DNA of 64,000 nt from Strigamia acuminata. Lineage: Eukaryota. The stretch covers positions 11,346,001-11,410,000 of the forward strand of contig OX442314.1 in the NCBI GenBank assembly GCA_949358305.1. Reading direction: 5' to 3'. Under the pieces are notes generated by a model that was not told the origin of the DNA, searched no databases, and saw nothing but the letters and a program-made list of their open reading frames with translations. How positions within the stretch are numbered: position 1 is the stretch's first letter; each line of letters starts with the position of its first letter. Positions 59,201-64,000 of the stretch are shown here, one piece after another. Made by a program: the position numbers and the translations under genes.

Positions 59201-62200
59201 AATACAAGGATTTGCACTCCAATTCCAACATATAATTCCCCAAAACTAAGCGCCTTTCGCACGTTTCTAAATATATATTACCTTTTCCCCTCATCCCATT
59301 CCCATCCCTCCAACCCATCTCTCTAATTCCCTTATCTGTCACCAAAAACCCACCCAAAAAAACACCAAAAACCGACGCCATATTTTTTTTCCCTTTTATT
59401 TTCGAATTTCCACGCGTTTCAAGGATCAAAACAAGAAAACTCCGGGGGATTCCATTTCACGATTGATATAACCGAATTCTGACCGCCCGACGCCATACTT
59501 TCATCAGCACCTCAGACCCCTTGATTCACCCTTCATTTTTTTTCCTACTCTTTTTTTTTTTCTTCTTTCTTTTTAATCCTTTCCCCTCAGCGTTCAGTAC
59601 AAGTCCATGAACCCGAACTGGTTTGCCCCTCTCGACACTTGAAAAGAGAGATGATAAAAAATGATGATGAAAAAGAGGGCGATGAATGGGGTTAGACTCA
59701 CGAACGACGGGACGCGTCGTTGGAGGGATTGGGTTGAAAATGTACCCCTTCACCCTTTGCTCGAAAAACAAGGCAGCCCCTTCTTGGCCAAGACACTCCT
59801 CGCACAGACCCCTTTTGAAAACGCGTGCGACGCGCTCTCGCTATTGCCCAGGTGCCAATGGCATGGCTGTGCGGAGGAAAACTCTCGGTATTGCCCAGAC
59901 GTCAATGGCGTGGCGGTGCGGTGGAAAATGAAAGATTTATATTTTGTGTATAATGTTGTGTAGTGGGTTGTGGGTGGGGTGGGTGGAAGGGAAGGGAAGA
60001 TTGGAAATTGAACAGATTCCTGATTTAAGAATGATTTTTCACTCAACTCGCAACGAGATTTGTAAATTTATCGATCGTGTTTAAAGCTGAGTTCCTGGTT
60101 TGGCTGGCACAATTTTTATCCAAATTAGGTTTGTTGTTGCGGAGATGGTGGAGGTGGAGTGGGGGTGTCAATGGTCTCGCAAATTTTAGGTTCTGGGTGC
60201 ATTTTGCACGATCTTTTAAAGGATAATGTGGATTTTTCAATTTTTGCTTTGAAATTTTTTTTTTAAATTGATTGGATTTTTTTTTTGGATTTTTTTATTT
60301 TTATTAAATTAAATTTAAGGGGTTAGATGTTTTTTTTTTGGAGTGTGGGGTTTTTATTTTTAAGGTGTGAAGGCGAAACGGGTTGTGAAATAGAACGCGA
60401 CGATGAACGCGCCGGCTTTTGTGTTGATTGAAATGAGTTAGAGGCGGTATAAGTTATTTCTGTGTAAACATTTGCGATTTCTCATCGTATAACTCAGATT
60501 CGGGGATTGTGTGTAGGGGATAAAAAGGGATAATAAAAGGGTTTTTTTTTTCCTCTCTCTTTTCTCTCCCTTTTTTTTAAAATAAAAAAAGGATGGAAAA
60601 AAGAGAAAAAATGTAACAATAGATCCAGTTTTTCTTCTCCCCTTTTAAGATACACATAAGGTGAAATGTTGCACAAAAGATATTGGCATTTACGATGCGC
60701 GGAAATGAATTTTGCACGAATTTTTGACGTTTTCGGTTTTAGCGACATGAAAATTTCACGTTTTAATTCTAACAATTGCAAAAGGAGGTCGCGACATGAA
60801 TAAAAATTAATTATTGAGACGAAAAAGGAACTGGTAAATAATTTATTCGAGTCGGAGTCGTTAAAAGCGCCGACGGAACGATATTCCGGCGTCACGGAGC
60901 CCAGAAATGGATGTTCGGCGCATTAAATAAAAAATATTTGAGGAAAAAAAGGAGTGGAATTGAAGATAATGCGGCGTAAATTGATGTGCATTAGGCTTAA
61001 ATGATTATCGCGTTATTCCGTGCATTGTTTTTAATTTATTGGAATTTAAGGTGTTGTGTACGGTTTTAAGTGGATAGGAAAATTAGGTTTAATGCTGTAG
61101 TTGTAATTTTATTTTGCCACACCCTTCATCCATTTGGAGAGGGTCGTATCAGTGACAAATTTCGTTTTCCCTCGCCGCCACATCGTAAAAGTAAAGAGTT
61201 GATCGTAATGGGAACGAATTATCAGTGTTTAAGCAATTAGAGATGATTCCTCTGAGGACGGGATTAGAAGACGTTTATTTATTAACGGTATACCTAGGCC
61301 TATATACGAATTGCGAGTGAGCCAGGTAGAATTCCGGGCATTCTTCGCCAGCCTCCTCTTTGATTTAAAGTAATTAGAGTTTTATTCCGAATGAAAATGC
61401 ACTTTTGGGATTATTTATATATATACCCTATCTAATAAAAAAAATTTTTTTTTTAATTTTTTTAAATGATTTTTAAAAAAATTTAAAAAATAAAAATGTC
61501 GGAATGTTAGGTAAAATAATATTAAAATTTATTATATTTACCTTTTTTTTTTTACAGATATAAACCGTTTAAAAAAGTGTGCCTGGGAAAATGGGTGATT
61601 GGTTGGGGATTTTTTAAATTTGTAATATATTTTCTAAACAACAAATTTACAAAATTTGCTAAGATATGAAGCAAATTGCTAATTATATGAATAACAAATA
61701 AATGATGTTATTTATTGGGATTTTATAAAGGCAATTTTTTAAAACCGTGTTCAATGAAAAGAAATCGTGTAAAAACGGAACCGAATTCATTTTCCGCGTG
61801 TAAAAACAGAATTAGATGTGTATAAATATATAAAAATTATATATATATGTGTTTATATAATTTTTTTGTGCGTGGATTTTGTGGATTTTTGCTGTCAGCC
61901 GCACATATCTTAAAACGGGAAGTCGGAGGCGCATTTCACACGCGTCGTGCAAACGCAAAGTTGACACGTTTGCGTTTGCCATCACCAATTCGTTTCTCCG
62001 ACCAAAATGACAGGCGGCCAAAAGAACCCGTTACACCTAAAAACCCCCGTGCCTGGCGACGACACGACGCCGTCACTTTACGCAGCCGGAGACTCCGCTC
62101 AAAAATTTTTCCCCCCGCGTCGCCCGCGTTCATGCGCGCGTTCGTGCTGATTAGGTACCGTTTCTGCCAGTGGAGTTGACAGTTTCACCCCTTCCTTCCT

Positions 62201-64000
62201 CTCCTTTTTATACATTTCTCTCTCCTTTCACTCCCCAATCATCACATTTTATCTTTTAACTCGTACAATTTTTGCATTCTCTCCCAATCTTTTATCCCAT
62301 TCTCTCCTCGCTGACCCCACAAGTCTTTACTAATGATGCCGAAGAAACATTTTCCTTCCCAATCCCAGCCTCCCATAACACAATTTTTAACAAGGCGTCC
62401 GCCTAACACGATTGACTGACACCATTTCACGTACCTCGTTAGTGCTCAAACTGTCGACATGCTTCAAAAAAAAATAACACCGACATATCCGCCATTTTTT
62501 AAATTTACACGATTTTTTTTAATTGTATAATTCGATAATTTCCATTTTTTCCAAGCTGGTCACTCGCAGGAGGAGAGGAATGGAAAGGAGAGCGAAATAA
62601 ACGCGGAAGTGGGGTGTGGGGAAGGATTTTTAGGGGGGTTTACAAACCGGACGAGCACAGGTGGAAAGGTCAAAACCGAAAATGACCCCGCCACGAGCCG
62701 CACGCAGGTTGGGCACGAGCCGGCTGGGCGTGGGCTACTAACCGGAGTGACCAGTGAACGAAGAAAGGGCGTCTAGCCGACATCGGGCCTCTTTGAATTG
62801 CATTTGATGGCGGCTGCACTGCACGGCTGAAAAATGGCGGCCGACATTGATTTTTTTCAATGTTAGACTTGCCACGCTGCGTTGGCGGCGGCCAGAGCTT
62901 GTTTTTTATCATTTATATTTTTTTATTTTATTTTTTTTTTTTTTTTTGGTTTGTCGATATAGACGAGGTGAATGTTAACCGTTCCTTGATTTCATTTAAT
63001 GCAAGTAGGAGGCAGCAAGGGGTTGAGACGCAGGTGTGAATTGAAATTTAATTGACTCCAACGTCGACTCGCTTTATTTTTATGTCTTTTTCAATTCAGA
63101 TCGCGTTCTATTTTCTTTTTTTTTTTTTACTTCTATTCACTCCATTTTTTTTTCCGCTCAAAATGGCGTCTTGTTTTGGCGATGACGTGGCGTGGTCCCA
63201 GAGAGTATATTATAGATTCGCGTATGTGCGAAAAGGGGGCAACTTATTATAATTTTTGACTGAGACGTGCACTGCGTCCCTCGCCCTTGGGGCCAAGGGG
63301 TCGACTTTCTCCGGCTGGCATTGGAGGGACTCGCATGCCAGTGCCGGCCCCGAGTAGCCAATGGCTAATCGGGGCTTCTAATGTATTCCTCACAATGGGA
63401 GCGGTAATTTGCAATGGCCGCTAGCCCCTGACTGGTCAGCCATGGCTGTTTACATGGAAACATCTCCATACAGAGGGGCCCTCTGGTCTCCGACTACCAA
63501 AATGTGGAGAAAAAATATGGAGGATGGAAATGATGGCTGAATTTCACAATTTTCGCAATTTTTGCAATTTTCAACGTATTAAACTCGCTGCCCTATATTA
63601 AATTGCTCCATAAACACAATATTTCGCGCTGTTGTACGCAAATTTGATTAATCCTTTGTGTAAACAAGGGTTAATTTTTTTTTTGGTTTTTTTGTGTGGA
63701 TTTTAGGGTTATGTTTTGCTTGGGCATTGAAGTGGATTGGTCATGGGGTGCATTTTTGTCCCACCTGTGTATTTTGTGCCGGTGACCTGTAGTATTTAAG
63801 CTGGGTTGATGAAAAGAGTTTGGTTTTGGGCATGGGAAGGAAAAAAAGGGGAAAAAAATCTGGTTTGTGCACTGCTCTGCAGGACTAACCGCCCTACATT
63901 TAAAGAAAAGAAAAATAGGAAAAAATTGTTCATTCTTTATTCATTCTTATTCATGCACACATTGAAATGCAAGGATTTTCTTCCGCACGATAAAAATTTT

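Noticed and set aside
1..64000. tRNA, rRNA or snRNA genes
   Set aside because: No cloverleaf with A/B boxes or recognisable snRNA/rRNA sequence seen by eye; a tRNAscan-SE/Rfam run would be needed to exclude them.

Overview
AT-rich eukaryotic (bilaterian, probably arthropod-type) genomic DNA with very short GT-AG introns; the taxon is inferred from style only. Bases 1-13.5 kb hold two head-to-head genes that I spliced by hand: a CoREST/RCOR corepressor on the minus strand (12 coding exons, about 487 aa, ELM2-SANT1-atypical C4 zinc finger-linker-SANT2) and CLASRP/SFRS16 on the plus strand (20 coding exons plus a 5'UTR exon, 717 aa). The remaining ~50 kb has no recognisable host coding exon. It consists of GC-richer, motif-dense islands separated by many unrelated ~20-22 bp period A/T-tract minisatellites. 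It also contains one intact Ty1/copia retrotransposon (identical 206-bp LTRs, TGGAT target-site duplication, half-tRNA-iMet-type PBS), several MITE or DNA-transposon relics and a gypsy RT scrap. The best leads are: (1) the 2.2-kb CLASRP intron 18, with many complementary blocks and a candidate poison exon, plus a second NMD-type alternative donor; (2) a GATA/MTA-like zinc finger in CoREST; (3) a 71-nt near-perfect hairpin; (4) several RFX X-boxes, including one in the LTR; (5) the pervasive two-helical-turn periodic arrays. None of these is proven novel without database and RNA data.
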